A DNA stretch of 64,000 bases from Selaginella moellendorffii (taxonomy: Eukaryota; Plantae; Lycopodiophyta): positions 985,734 through 1,049,733 of the forward strand of contig NW_003314283.1 in the NCBI RefSeq assembly GCF_000143415.4, written 5' to 3'. The position numbers were made by a program, and so were the translations under genes. Positions within the stretch are counted from its first letter, which is position 1. Each line of letters starts with the position of its first letter. The notes under the pieces were generated by a model. The model was not told the origin of the DNA. It did no database searches and saw only the letters and a list, made by a program, of their open reading frames with translations. Of the stretch, positions 24,909 to 37,200 are shown in pieces.

Positions 24909-25376
24909 TCACTGCTTGGTCGTGGCCTCCGCCGCCGCCGCCGCCGCCGCCGCGGCAGTCCTCTTGCTTTTCTTCGAAGAACCGCCGCCACCACCATTAC
25001 CTCCCCCGCCGCCGCCACCCCCGCCGCCGCCACTGGCGGACGATTTGGAGGACTTGGCCTTGGGCGGCTTGGAATCGTCGTCGCTGGCGGTGGCGGGAGT
25101 GGCGAAATTGGTGACGGCATTGGCGCCCCTCATGGATCGGTTGGCGTTGTCGTAGGCCTCGGCGGCCTCCTCGGCGGTGTCGAAGGTGCCCAGCCAGATC
25201 CGGCGCTTCTTCCATGGATCCCTAATCTCCGCCGCGAACTTACCCCATGGCCGCTTGCGAACGCCCCGGAAGTGGCACGACGAGGATTCGTTCTTGCTGC
25301 TATGGCTGCTGCTGCCACCTCCAACTCCGCCACCGCCAGCGCCCCCCTTGCTCTTCTTGCTCTCGCCATGATCCAT
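24909..25376 (-). CDS. AP2/ERF transcription factor (single AP2 domain, 155 aa)
   Basis: [57 protein letters not shown]. Confidence 0.93.
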   Translation of the reverse strand: MDHGESKKSKGGAGGGGVGGGSSSHSSKNESSSCHFRGVRKRPWGKFAAEIRDPWKKRRIWLGTFDTAEEAAEAYDNANRSMRGANAVTNFATPATASDDDSKPPKAKSSKSSASGGGGGGGGGGGNGGGGGSSKKSKRTAAAAAAAAAEATTKQ

Positions 25377-25660
25377 GACTAGCTGCTACCACTACCGATC
25401 ACACGCGATGCTAGCGCCCCTGCTGTGGCTCCCCCATGGCTCCTCATCAATCAAACGCTTGGCGGCGATCGTGGCGGCGGCGGCAGTGGAGAGGAGGAGG
25501 AAGAGGGCGGGCTCCGAGACTCGGCTCTCATCCAACGCTGCTTTGCCGCCGCCCTAGAATGCACCATGGAACATTCCGTTAGCGTTTCAAAAATAATATT
25601 CCGTTGTTCTATTAGCTTCCATACCTTTTTTAATGTTTTAAATGAGCATAGTTTTCACTT

Positions 25661-25740
25661 GTTGCCACGTGTACCCTAAAATAACATCTTCTGCCACGTA
25701 TGCCCTAAATCCATCATGTTGCCACGTGTGCCCTAATTTC
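25661..25740 (+). promoter_or_regulatory. Three tandem G-box/ABRE-like units followed by CCCTAA
   Basis: TGCCACGTGTACCCTAA, TGCCACGTATGCCCTAA and TGCCACGTGTGCCCTAA at ~28-29 nt spacing, followed by a TATA-like TCTATATA. Confidence 0.6.
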
Positions 25741-25785
25741 TATCTATATACACTCTTTTAGGGTTGTTTTGGAGGAGGGAGTGAG

Positions 25786-26546
25786 ATGGGCCGACTAGCG
25801 GAAGAGGGCATCAAGCAGTTTGGCGTGAGCGCCTTTGGCGAGGCTACAAAGCCGGAGTTGCTGGGAGCCATCTGCCTCGGTCTTCGGATCCCGCACGCCG
25901 TGGTCTTCTGCAACACTGAATCAGCGGTAAGTCTTTGGGTTCTTTGTTCTGTCATTTGAAATGGGAGCTGATTCTCCACCAGTGCAAATTTCTGGCCACA
26001 CGATTGCGCCGAGAGAACTTGAGCGCTCTCGTTCTCCCTGGCATGCCTCCCGACGAGCGAGCAGACGCTATTGACCAATTTGTGAGCTACGACGTCAATA
26101 TTTTGGTCACAACGGGTGCTTGGCCACAGGATTTACCCGTGGAAAGTGTAAGCTCCTTCCTTTTCCTTTTCCTTTCCCTTTCTTCTCTTCTTACATGGCT
26201 TCCCACCAGGCGGAAGTGGTCTACATGTACGACTTTCCTGAGAGCAGCGACTCCTACGTGAAGCAGATTGGGGAGTGCGACAAACCTGGCGTCCGAGAGG
26301 TACTCTCTTTCCGAATTCTCTTCCAATCGGCTTCCAAGTGGTTCTTGGGAACAGGCTTTGGTGATCACGTTTGTTCGAGATTTCCAAGACTCATGGCGGG
26401 AGCGTCTCGAGGCCGAGTGCTGCACCCGTATTGAGCCTCTCCCTGAGCACATCACCGGCCTCTACCGCCGCTGCTTCCCTATTGTGGTGACCCCTGCGGC
26501 CTGGAACTCCATTCAAAAGCTGGCCAAAAAACACGGTTTGCTGTAG
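25786..26546 (+). CDS. Stand-alone DEAD-box helicase C-terminal (RecA2) domain, eIF4A-III-like, 195 aa, degenerate motifs V/VI; exons 25786-25926, 25983-26147, 26210-26299, 26355-26546
   Basis: Three phase-0 GT-AG introns give an uninterrupted ORF: EGIKQF...VVFCNT...G.MPPDER...F...ILVTTGAW...YDFP..SYVKQIG...VITFV...IEPLP, collinear with the eIF4A C-terminal domain. Confidence 0.82.
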
Positions 26547-26817
26547 AGGGTAGCGTTGCAAATTGTTACAAGAGCCTAAGTTGTAAGGCAAAGGATGATA
26601 AAATGATTTTGCAACTTTGAAGAGGAATTCTGCAATTTCAAACATCTGATTCACTTTCCAATCAAAATCCTTACCACCTTTACCACCCACCCTTTACACC
26701 TTTAGCACCTTTACACCCTACCACCTTTAGAGAGAAGGCTTAATTGGCTAATGATAATATAAAAAACACATGTACTCGAGAAAAAGTTCTCATTATATCA
26801 TATACAGCTCTTTGGTT

Positions 26818-28320
26818 CTATGTAAGCACCGCCTTCCGGGCTTCTTTTCGCAGCGCATTCGCCCGGATCAAGCTCCCGATCGTGTTCACCGCAAGCTTGA
26901 TATCATCCAGTGGGTTGCCGGGCACCACCGTCTTGTAGAGATAGCTGTCGAAGGTCATCTTCTGGACGTACTCGTCGGCACAGAGCTCTACAAACGCCTC
27001 GCGCGCGGGATTGGATCGATAGAAAACCTTCTGGAGGATGTCGAGGACCTTGTAAGTCGGCCAGTACTTGGTGTCCCACTTCTTGAGGTAGCTCCTCAGA
27101 TCGGCCTCGTTGATCATCCGGACACCCTTCTCGGATCCCTCCACGATGGCCTCGGCGCACATCCTCCCAGACTTTGCCGCGAAGTAAATCCCCTCGCCCG
27201 AGCACTTGGTCACGTAGCCAGCCGCGTCTCCCACCAGCGCTACTCGGTCTCGGACTCTCCTCGGCCTCGGGTGCTCGGGTATCGGGTGAGCTTCCACCCG
27301 GATGATCTTCCCCCCGGCAATCTTATCTCTAGCTCTGTGCCTGGTCGCAACCTGATACTTCTTGATGGCTGGCTTGTTGATCACGGTCCCGGTTCCCACA
27401 GCGACGTGATCGCATTTTGGAAAGACCCAGCCGTAGAAATCCGGAGAAACGTCGTCGCCCACGTACATCTCGGCCAAGTTCTCGTAGTACACCATCTTGT
27501 CGTCGGGGATCTTGATCCTCTCCTGGAAGGCGATGGCGTAGTCGTAGTCGCCAGCGTCTATGTCCTTGGCGACTCGGCTGTTCGCACCGTCGGCTCCAAT
27601 CACCGCGTCCACTTCCATGGTTGCGGGAACTCCCACAGAGCTTCCCGGCTTGTAGAGATTGTAGTGGAGAACGTAGGGAGCGTTGGCGTCGCTGGGCATT
27701 TCCATCCGGAGGAACAGGCCATTGACGAGATTGGCCCCGAAAGAGGCGGCTCTCTCGCGGAGATAAGAATCCAGCACCTCCCTTCTCACCATCCCAATGT
27801 ATTCGTTCTCGTTGAGGGTCTTCCCCACGTCCACTGCCACATTGGAGGGCGAGATCATCTTCATCTTGGTCACTTTCCTGTCGATGATGTCGAGTGGAAG
27901 ATCGAATTCCCCCACCATGCACAGTGGAATCGCCCCTCCACACGGCTTGGCATTGTCCATCTTGCGCTCGATGAGGAAGGTCTCGATCCCGTTCTTGGCC
28001 AGGGTCTCGGCGGCGCATCCCCCGGCCGGCCCGCCACCAATCACGGCTACGCGGAGCTTGCGATTCCCTAGCTTCTTGCTCCCTGCCGCCGCCAAGATCC
28101 GGAGCCCCGGACGGGAATTTCGCGTCAGCGATGGCGTCGACGCCGCCAGGAAGAGCTTCGATCTGCCGGAGAGGCATGCCGCCGAGAGATGCGACGATCT
28201 CACGGAAATCTGGCAAGACTGCAGCCGATTACCTGCATTGCCCGCGCCCTGCTCGAGCGATTGCTCGCAGACCCGCCGCGTCGATGGCGTGCCGAGAATT
28301 CCTTGAAGCGCCGACGCCAT
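26818..28320 (-). CDS. CHLP: Geranylgeranyl diphosphate reductase, chloroplastic (intronless)
   Basis: Transit peptide then LRVAVIGGGPAG, KPCGGAIPLCM, DFYGWVFPK, GDAAGYVTKCSGEGIYFA, MTFDSYLYK. Confidence 0.97.
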   Translation of the reverse strand: MASALQGILGTPSTRRVCEQSLEQGAGNAGNRLQSCQISVRSSHLSAACLSGRSKLFLAASTPSLTRNSRPGLRILAAAGSKKLGNRKLRVAVIGGGPAGGCAAETLAKNGIETFLIERKMDNAKPCGGAIPLCMVGEFDLPLDIIDRKVTKMKMISPSNVAVDVGKTLNENEYIGMVRREVLDSYLRERAASFGANLVNGLFLRMEMPSDANAPYVLHYNLYKPGSSVGVPATMEVDAVIGADGANSRVAKDIDAGDYDYAIAFQERIKIPDDKMVYYENLAEMYVGDDVSPDFYGWVFPKCDHVAVGTGTVINKPAIKKYQVATRHRARDKIAGGKIIRVEAHPIPEHPRPRRVRDRVALVGDAAGYVTKCSGEGIYFAAKSGRMCAEAIVEGSEKGVRMINEADLRSYLKKWDTKYWPTYKVLDILQKVFYRSNPAREAFVELCADEYVQKMTFDSYLYKTVVPGNPLDDIKLAVNTIGSLIRANALRKEARKAVLT

Positions 28321-28888
28321 AGCTCGAGCAAAGAGGGCAAAATACTATCCACGCATTTGTATCCGCACATCTAGGGCACACGCGTCACCATCCCGTTCGC
28401 AGCAACAAACCCGGATACACGTGGCGGAATACCACTCGCAAGTCATGTGGGCCACGCGGCGCAATCTCAGTCGCCCAATTTGCAATCCCGTGCATGGAGG
28501 CAAAGCTTCACGGGATAGATTCCTCCCGCGTTGGCCAAATCCGCGAACCCGCGAGCGCCGTTGGATGGAATATCCCCGTGCCTGACGGCGGCGGCGAGCC
28601 GCAAAAGGTGTGGGATCCACGTGTCATTTTCACCAGTCACCAGACGGCGGCCAAGGCGGCGGCCGGCCTCGTGTACCCAGCGAATATCCCGCTCTATCAA
28701 TCCTGGTGATACTTCTTAGGGCTTTCTCTCTCGTATAGCCGACTCTAGAGCTCCGAGAGATCGTTTAAATGTGTATGGCGGCTGGGGTAGATTGGATAGA
28801 ACGAGCGCCTATCTTCCTCTTGTTCTAGGCGGCGGCGGCTAGGTGGCGAGGGATCTGTCTCCCGATATATAGTCTAGGAAATCCTCCC

Positions 28889-29030
28889 TCCTCTTCCACT
28901 CTCTCGCGATCTTTCTTTGTTTCCCGGCGAAATTTCCAGCCGATCGATCGATCTCTTGGCTCCTCCTCCTCCACCCTCTCGCGATCTTTCTTTGTTTCCC
29001 GGCGAAATTTCGAGTCGATTGATCGATCTG
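28889..29030 (+). repeat. Tandem duplication (75-bp period) in the 5' leader of the second ERF
   Basis: ctctcgcgatctttctttgtttcccggcgaaatttc...gatcgatct at ~28901 and ~28976. Confidence 0.85.
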
Positions 29031-29083
29031 TTCGCGTTCTTGTGAATATTTCGGGGCGGAAAATCTCCATCGGCCGATCGACA

Positions 29084-29773
29084 ATGGCACCTCCTCGTGC
29101 CGGCAGCAACGATCGATCATCGTCGCCGGGCGGCGGCGGCGGCGGCGGCGCCGAGCAGCACTTTCGGGGCGTGCGGAAGCGGCCGTGGGGGCGCTACGCG
29201 GCGGAGATTAGGGATCCATGGAAGAAGACGCGGGTGTGGCTGGGGACGTTCGACACCGCGGAGCAAGCCGCCAGGGCCTACGACAAGGCCGCATTCTCGC
29301 TGCGCGGCGTCAAGGCCAAGACGAATTTCCCGTTCGTCGGCAGCGGCGATCCACAAGAGGAGCGCCAGGATCGCCGCCAGGATCGCCGCCAGGAGGAGGA
29401 GGCGGCGGACGAGGAGCATCAGCGGCACCGACACAAGCGGCGGCAGATCGCCGGTGCGAAATCGCCGCCATCGCCGCCGTCCCCAGTGTCGGTCGTGGAC
29501 GATTCTAGATCCCGCGCCGCCGTGGCGGCGGCGGCGGCGGTGGCGTCCAAGACGATCGTCACGTCTCTCAAGCACTACTTGCTAGCCGCCGCCCAGGACA
29601 ATCGAGGTGGTCACAGCAGTGTCGGCGACTCCTCTTCCTCCAGCTCCGGATCGTCGAGCTCGGGCACGGAATCGACCGAGGAGGACGATCAAATCTCTTC
29701 CTGCCCCAAATGGAACAGTAGGCCCTTCTGGGATCTCAATTTGCATCCATGGGAGCAGCGAGTTCGTGCGTGA
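29084..29773 (+). CDS. AP2/ERF transcription factor, group VIII-like repressor with EAR motif
   Basis: [35 protein letters not shown]...KAKTNF; C-terminal WDLNLHP (DLNxxP). Confidence 0.93.
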   Translation: MAPPRAGSNDRSSSPGGGGGGGAEQHFRGVRKRPWGRYAAEIRDPWKKTRVWLGTFDTAEQAARAYDKAAFSLRGVKAKTNFPFVGSGDPQEERQDRRQDRRQEEEAADEEHQRHRHKRRQIAGAKSPPSPPSPVSVVDDSRSRAAVAAAAAVASKTIVTSLKHYLLAAAQDNRGGHSSVGDSSSSSSGSSSSGTESTEEDDQISSCPKWNSRPFWDLNLHPWEQRVRA

Positions 29774-29942
29774 GCTCCGCCGGATTTTTTTTTTTGTTCT
29801 TCCAGTTCCAGTTTTTCTTTGGCTTGTAAAAAAGGTAAAGCTAAATAGAAAAAACGGATATTCGTAAGGAATATAATGTGGGTTTAAACTGACCCGTTCA
29901 TTTGAACGGCTGGGATCTGCCATGTAGCCGTGAAAACAGAGG

Positions 29943-30806
29943 CTAGAGCCCTAAAAGGCTGACCAGTTTTCCCATGCTTGGCCTCGCCTCTGGGTTGCTC
30001 TGGAGGCACAGCATTGACATCTGGATCATCCTCCTCGCTTCCATCTCCGGGACGCCTCGAATTCGCGGATCGATCCATCTCTCGATCGCCAATTTCTGTT
30101 CAGCGAGCTGGATCATCTCCTCTGGATTGCTTTGGAGCTCCCTCCCAGATGTGATCTCCAGCACAAGAAACCCAAAACCCAGAACATCCATCTTGTCAGT
30201 GACACCCTCACAATCCTGTTTGGATATAATCTCCAAATCCTCCTGCGATCCAGTTCCAGAGATAGATTTCCTGCTCCTCCTGATCTTGCAAGAGTAGAAT
30301 CCAGCCAGCTTTGGGGTGTAATCCTCTGCCACCCACACATTCTCCAGCCTCACACCCAGATGCAAGACCTGGAATCCCAGGACATTCCTGGCATCATGGA
30401 GATGATCTAGTGCCAGTGCCAGGCCCTTGATGATCTTCACTCTTTGCTTCCATCCCAGACTCCCATCCAAAACCATGCCTTTGAGGCAGCCTCTCTTCTC
30501 CAGTGGCATGACAAGAGCATGCAAGAATGGGCTTGTGCAAAATCCCAGAAGCCTCACAATGTTTGGGTGTGGAGACCACAGTGCTGTCATCCTATCCTTG
30601 AAATCCCCCTTGCCACACTCCACAAGAACCTCGCTCCTCCCAAGAACACCCTTGTACACCACAAGCTCTATAAGATCATTTGATCCATCGCTGGAGCTTG
30701 GAACTCTCATCCTGGTGACCACCTTGTGGAAGCAGCCTGTGATGAGCTCAATTCCCTTTGGATCAAACTCCATGGGCTGTTCCAATCTGCTCAGCCTTGC
30801 TCCCAT
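29943..30806 (-). CDS. RLK/Pelle-like cytoplasmic pseudokinase with an N-myristoylation-like start
   Basis: VYKGVL, HPNIVRLLGFC, LGWKQRVKII.GLA.AL..LH, TDKMDV..FG..VLEITSGR, LCLQSNPEARPSM. Catalytic K, HRD and DFG are replaced (VLVEC, HLGVR, AGF). MGARLS start at 30806. Confidence 0.75.
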   Translation of the reverse strand: MGARLSRLEQPMEFDPKGIELITGCFHKVVTRMRVPSSSDGSNDLIELVVYKGVLGRSEVLVECGKGDFKDRMTALWSPHPNIVRLLGFCTSPFLHALVMPLEKRGCLKGMVLDGSLGWKQRVKIIKGLALALDHLHDARNVLGFQVLHLGVRLENVWVAEDYTPKLAGFYSCKIRRSRKSISGTGSQEDLEIISKQDCEGVTDKMDVLGFGFLVLEITSGRELQSNPEEMIQLAEQKLAIERWIDPRIRGVPEMEARRMIQMSMLCLQSNPEARPSMGKLVSLLGL

Positions 30807-31484
30807 GGAGGAGGTTTGCGAATCAAGCAAAGCACAGATGGTGGATTGATTGGGGGAAAGGTCGCGAATTCTATCACACGCAAATGGTGGCTCTTTGGAT
30901 TCTTAGCCATTTGGACTGGTTTGTCCTCTTGCCTGCTCTGTTCTTGTTTGGAGTGGAGAACAATCCAACATTCATTTTCATGGGTGTTTAGCTTTCTTGA
31001 GCTCCATGGCTCTAATCTATCTGACCTTTGCTTGTCTGAATCTCCTTGGCCATAGCCAATGAGCTTTAGAAAACTCAAATGGATGTACCATCTCCACAAT
31101 AATAGCTGTCCACAAACACCAGGCTTTTAAAGAGAGCACCCAGGAAGATCTGCCACTGCCAGTTTTCCCCCTTTTTTTTTTTTTTTTTTTTGAGAGCACA
31201 ACACAATTGCGATGGATGGTCGCCTGACATTCACATTCATAACGCGAAGTACTCCATACAGAGATTACCTCGCCATAGAAAAGCTAAACAATATACATGA
31301 TTTGTTTTTTGTTTTCCTTCTGCTGCTTAGCTCATCACTCAAAAAATGATGGTACTGTATACCCAAAAAGAAGAAGAGAAGAAAAAGAATCATACTAAGA
31401 AAAACATACGGAAATCGGTATCTTTCTCTCTCTCATATATACCAAGCTCCAATCGAAAGCTGTGATCTTACTCGTCGTCATCAA

Positions 31485-33736
31485 TCACGCGATGAATTCT
31501 CCGGTCCTACACTGCCCGACTTCAATCTCCACGTTCCTCTTGTCGGAGTTTATGACTCTACAGCAATGCCTTCTAGGGGCCTGGAACATAACAAGAGAGT
31601 CGAGTTGAGAGCTTGTAAGAACTTGGTGATCGTCAAGAGTTCTTACCGTGTGCCAGTTCCCTTCCGTGCGGTCCCTGTAGACCATGATCGAATCGATCCC
31701 TCCAGGAGACGCCATCTTCCAGCGGCAATCACCCCTCCTCTTGGTTTCCCGCGCGTACGTGCTGTAACTCCTGCTCGAGTTCTTGTGTCCTACGTTGTCC
31801 ATGTAAAAGATGGTGGGCGGCTCGCACGGGTTCCGGGAGATCTCCCGCGTGCTAAAAGGGAAGCCACTGTCCTCGGTCCTGCGATACCAACTTATGAACG
31901 TCCGAGCCGGGAGTTCCAGCTCCCGGGGTGGCAGGATCCCGCGATAGACTTGGACCGCGTAGCCCCACGAAACCGAGAAGGACCATTTCCTCCACTTGTC
32001 GTAGCAGATCGACTGCTGGAGGATCCCCGGCGCGTCGACTTTGATGGATCGCGAGAGGTGCTTGAGCGCCTGGACTTGCGTCATGTTTGGAAAGATGGGG
32101 TGGATCACGTCCAAGTGATGGATCGAGATGAGTGGGCTCACTGGGTGTGCCGAGAGCAGTCCGGAGGCGTCGCCATAGATGTCAAACTGGAAGACGAAAG
32201 ATTGAAAGTTCGAAAGATCGAGTGAGAGAAATTCTATGCTTGGAAGTTGAAGGCAAGCATCAGGCATGATCAGGACAAACCAAACACGCAGTTTTTTCTT
32301 GAAACAGCCGAGACGTGTGAGGATTCATCACGTCATGCCGCTCAACCACCAGGGAGAAAGAGATGCGCGTCCAAAAGACGTGAATTGCGAATCCAAACCG
32401 ACCCGACCAAAATGCCGCACGTCGGCATTTGCTGCAAGAAAGAAGTCCTCCAGCAAATCACCCTCAAAACAGCCCCAGTGCAAAATTCTGACAGCAACCC
32501 ATCGTCATGACACACGCAAGAAACGCACTCAGCCATGCCAGGAAGAAAAGACATGCGAGGAAAACACACCCAAGCCAAGAACACGGTACTTACCTGATGA
32601 AAACCGGGCTCTTTGACGAGAGGAACCCCCAATTCAGCCATACACGCTTGTATCCGATCGTCGCTCCCGAAGAGATATGGATACCTGTGCAAGCATCCGT
32701 CCTGCATTCGCTCCAGAGCTCTGGCCAGCGGATAGCTGATCGCGAATCCGCCACCACCGTAGGCCATGTTGTAGGAGAAATGGAGGTTCTGGGTGTGGCT
32801 CTCGGAGCTGGATCCAATGTAGTAGTACTTGGTGTGATCATACTTGGAGAGGAGCTTGACGAGGTTCTCCGGGATGAAGATGGTGTCATCGTCGCCCATG
32901 ACGAACCAATGCACGTCCGGGAGGCCAATCCGGAAGGTCTCGGAGACGATGCGCGAGATTCGAATGGCGGCCCGAGCGCCCATCTTGTTGGTGTAGTTGA
33001 ATGCCGCGGTGGAGGAGGAGATCCGAAAGGGGGGATAGTCCGTCTTGGACCACTTCCGCCTCACCTTCTTGTCCAGCCACACGAATCCTCGCATCTGCGA
33101 GGACTTCCACCATAGCTTGACGTACTCGCGGCGCCGGTCCCAGAGGCGAGACGATGCAGCGATGCCAAACACGATGTTGTAAAGGGTGGTGGCGGTGGTG
33201 GTGGTGTGGATCTCTGTTTTGGCGATGGTGGTCGATGGAATCTCGACTTGGGCAGCATCGTGAGGGCCGATCTTGGGGACCACCTTGGCCGGAATCGAAG
33301 AAACCAACGCGGAATCAGCTGCACTGGTACTGCTACTAGTACTACCACTCGCTTGACTGGCGGAAGTTCTAGAGCCGGAAGCTTGCTGCAGGGACTTGCG
33401 AGGAGAGGTGGAGCTGTAGCGCTGCTTTTCCTGATCCAGATTGAGAGTGAATCGCGAGGATGCGGCGGTGGTGGCATTGCTGCTGCCCAGGAGCGCGAAG
33501 TTGTATGGCATGATTCTGGAGGATGTGGTGGATCCGTGCGAGGACGACGGGATGCACGAGGCCATCATGCTTGCGCTGCTGAGGAGGAGGAGGGCGACGT
33601 AGAAGAAGCTGCAAGCGCAAGCGGCGCACACAACCAGCGCGAGCTTGCTCATTCCCAGGCCAAGAGCAGAGTGTTCCGACAGCTGCCTCGTCAAGCTCTT
33701 CATCTGCTGCTGCTTCTTGTAAGAATCCATGCTCAT
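31485..33736 (-). CDS. DUF604 / fringe-related glycosyltransferase; exons 33736-32594, 32186-31647, 31580-31485
   Basis: N-terminal TM anchor; IVFGIAAS, MRGFVWLD, WFVMGDDDT, MAYGGGGFAISYPLA, GSDDRIQAC, EPGFHQ|FD, SVSWGYAVQ, APRRHCC. Confidence 0.93.
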
Positions 33737-34270
33737 CGTGTTGCGGTCCTTGTGATTGATCGATCCAGCCCGGCACTAGAAACCTCTTACGAGCTTAGCC
33801 ACCGATCGATCGTGTCGCCACAACCATAGCCGGGACGAATCCATCTGCCGGTTCCCTGCAGCAGCATTTGCTTTTTATCAGCATTGGATTTCCCGGCGCA
33901 TTGCTATTCATGAACTCCTCCAGAGCGAGACTACTTCTGCCTGAGCTGCTGCCATTCCCGGCCATAGCATTGCTTCTCTAACACCAGGAGGGAGGAAGGA
34001 GAACACATCCTCGTTTTTTCACGCATCCAGTGAGCTCCTAGAATTTAATTCCGAGGCCCACGAACAAATCTCTGTGGAAGAGAGAAAGAACCCAAGAGAT
34101 CCCAAAGATTTGGGGGTTTCTCAAGGAGAGCGATGGAAGAAAGAAAGAAGAGACCCCACTGCGAAACAGCCTACACTACACTACACAGACAAACACGCGC
34201 TTCTTTCACTAAACACCACTTAAGCGCAAATCTAATCGCGCGGGATATTCTGTCGGTCCGCGGTGATGAC

Positions 34271-37200
34271 GCCTCCCGTTAACCACTATCTCTCCGCTTA
34301 CCTGGCGGTGACGTGGCATCAGGCCTTATGTTTGTTTTTTCTCCAGCGCACTCCCTCTCCCGTCCGTCGCCGCTGCGCACTCCCGCCCGCGGCTATCGCC
34401 CGCCCGCTCGCCCTCACGGCTCCCGCCCGCACTCGCACGTCCGCCCGCGCCCAGCGTGCCTAATTACTTCCACGTGGCTACAGCCCCAACACTTAGCCAA
34501 ATTTCAGTCACCGCGCGCGTGGACGCCTTTCTACTGCTATCATGGATGACCATTAGGAGTATGAAAGCTTCTCATTAATTTAAATATATGTAATGTAAGT
34601 ATATAAAGAATTTGTTTTTTTATTTATTCTTTGCTAAAATTGAGTTTTTCATTTAAAGAGCTTTTCTTTCTTGTCTAGTAAAAGGAGTTGTTTTTAAACT
34701 GTTAGAAGCTTTTCTTTTACCTGTAATTCTTTCCACTAAAGGTTTTGCCCACTTCAAGGATGTACTATAATTATTAATATGTTATTGAAATTCTGCTGCA
34801 GAATGAATAAGATCGTTTAGCCTAGTTTTAAAGGTTGCAACCTTCTATTGTATCATTTCTAAATCATTATCAACCATAGATAAAAAAACTTCATTAAAAA
34901 GTTTTTGTAATATATCTATCATCTTTTTTGTTATAATGTTGCTTTTGTAACTTTTGATGGAGTGATATCTTCCTGCTCAAAATTCATATCAATATTTAAA
35001 ATTTGTTTAGTGTAAATTACCTCTATAGTAGTCCTTAGTTGAATTTCTTGTTGATGTTGTATATTTTGATGGATATCTTCCTACTCAATATTCATATATA
35101 TTAATATATAAAATATGCTGGTTTACCTCTAATGTAATCTCCAATTGAATTTTTGCCTCATGATAAACATTTTGATGGATATTTTCCTGCTCAAATTTTT
35201 ATAAGTATTTCAAAATTTTAATTAATAAGTGAATTACCTTTGTCATAGCTTCTAAGTCAAGTGCTTCAAAATCTTGATGATGATAAAATAAGTCATCTGA
35301 CCTAAGTTCTAAAATTGCATACGATTGTGATGGTTGAACCTCATAACTAGTTGTAGTCTAGTCAATTTTCTTTCCTTGTTTTAACATAATAATTTTTATT
35401 TAATGCTTGCAAAAGTTTCCTTTAGTTACCCATGGACAATTACACCAAGTTGAAAAAGCCCAATTACTGTGTCCTTTCACCTCCGACAATAAAATATGAT
35501 ATAGCTGGATTTGAAAAGGATTGTACATAAAATTTATAAATATTATCTTTATCAAATTTTACTTGAGAGTTGTTAATATTTCTTGCTTTAACAATTACAC
35601 CATCAATTAGTTTTTCATATGCATGGTTTCGAATAAAACTATGATCTTTGCAATAACTAGTAAATCAGTACTTCATATGAACCTTAGTACTAAGTTAATG
35701 AATTGCCCAATCCATCCTTCAATTGCAAGTATTTTTTCTTTTTTTGGATGAAAGTATAGCTTTCATATTTGCATGGAATGCCTCAATCAAACTATTTGTC
35801 TCCTTGTTAGCATAAGGAAAATTTCGAGCAGCAACAACCCACATATCTATCAAATATAAATTAAAATAAATTATAAAAATTAAAATATTGATTCACTTAC
35901 CAACTTTGTCCTTCCATTTATCTTGAAAATACTTGATAAAGGCTACTTCATTTTGAAATCCACCTCAAAATGTTCCATAAGTTGTTTAATCTCAGCTCGC
36001 ATAATATTATCATCATGAAAAGCTGTGTGAATTAAATGATACATAATATTTCTGAGATATTTCCATATTTCCATCCTAATATCCTAAGATTTTACCTTAT
36101 AAATAATATATTTGAGCTAATTCCTCCTTACATGCCAAATACATAATAGAATTTGACAATCAAATATAGCTCTATATAAAAGAAAACAATTAAATTATAT
36201 CATATCAAATTAATTACTTTATAGTATTAATCTTTGCTTAAGCATCATCAATCATTATTGCATATGGTTTCCAATTTAATATGTGTTTTAAAACTTGTTT
36301 TTTAAGAGTTATCATCCAATTCTTCATATATTCTCCTTTTTCACTAAAAGTTAAAACCCATGCAATTAGAATACCATTTCCATGATAATAAAAAACAAGT
36401 ATGGTGTATAATGGGAACCATCAATTATTAAATATTATTCACTTAAAAATGAATGAAAATTCTACCTTGTAGCAATTAGTGCCAAAAGTTGCATCAAGAC
36501 TCAATAAATTATTATTTGAAAAGTCCACCATCTTTTATAGTTGCCAAGTTGTCTAAATCCCAATAGTAAAACAATCTTTACCTCGATCACCTTTTTGATA
36601 GAAAAATACTTTCTTGGGATTTGTGTTCTTCTAAATGCATACACTCTATATGTCATTTTTATGTAATCGATAAGTTGAAAGTGAATACTTCCTATGCAAA
36701 TTATTGATATTCTACATAGTTAGAAAATCATTTCGACGAAAAGGTTCACCTGTTGACTTATTCCTTCCCACAATTTGTATATGCTCATTATAAATCTGAT
36801 TTGATGTGAAATCCTGCTAAACCATATGAATCACCCAATGTCAAATATCTGCTGAAAGCTTCTGAGGAAATAATAACTTTCTTCTAGTCATATCAAGTTG
36901 ACCATGATAAGGAATCCCATTCTTATCACAATGCTCTCTATGATAATACATAATCTATACGTAATCAGGCCATTTGTAAAATTGTTTAACCAAAAAATTG
37001 CAAAGTCAACCTTGCTTATTAGAACTTCGACTTAGTCTATTTCCAGGTTTTGACTTTGGTGTAGATTTAGCAACCATGGAAGATGTTTCACAAGCATCAT
37101 GTTTTCCATATTCACACCAATACTTATGTTAAGAAGTTAGTGATTATATTTTGTTAAAAAAATATACTTGATTAGCTTGTGTTTTTGGGTCATTTCAAAT

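Noticed and set aside
30807-31199. Upstream in-frame extension of the pseudokinase (possible ectodomain)
   Set aside because: Multiple in-frame stops and no signal peptide or TM segment; treated as leader/intergenic.
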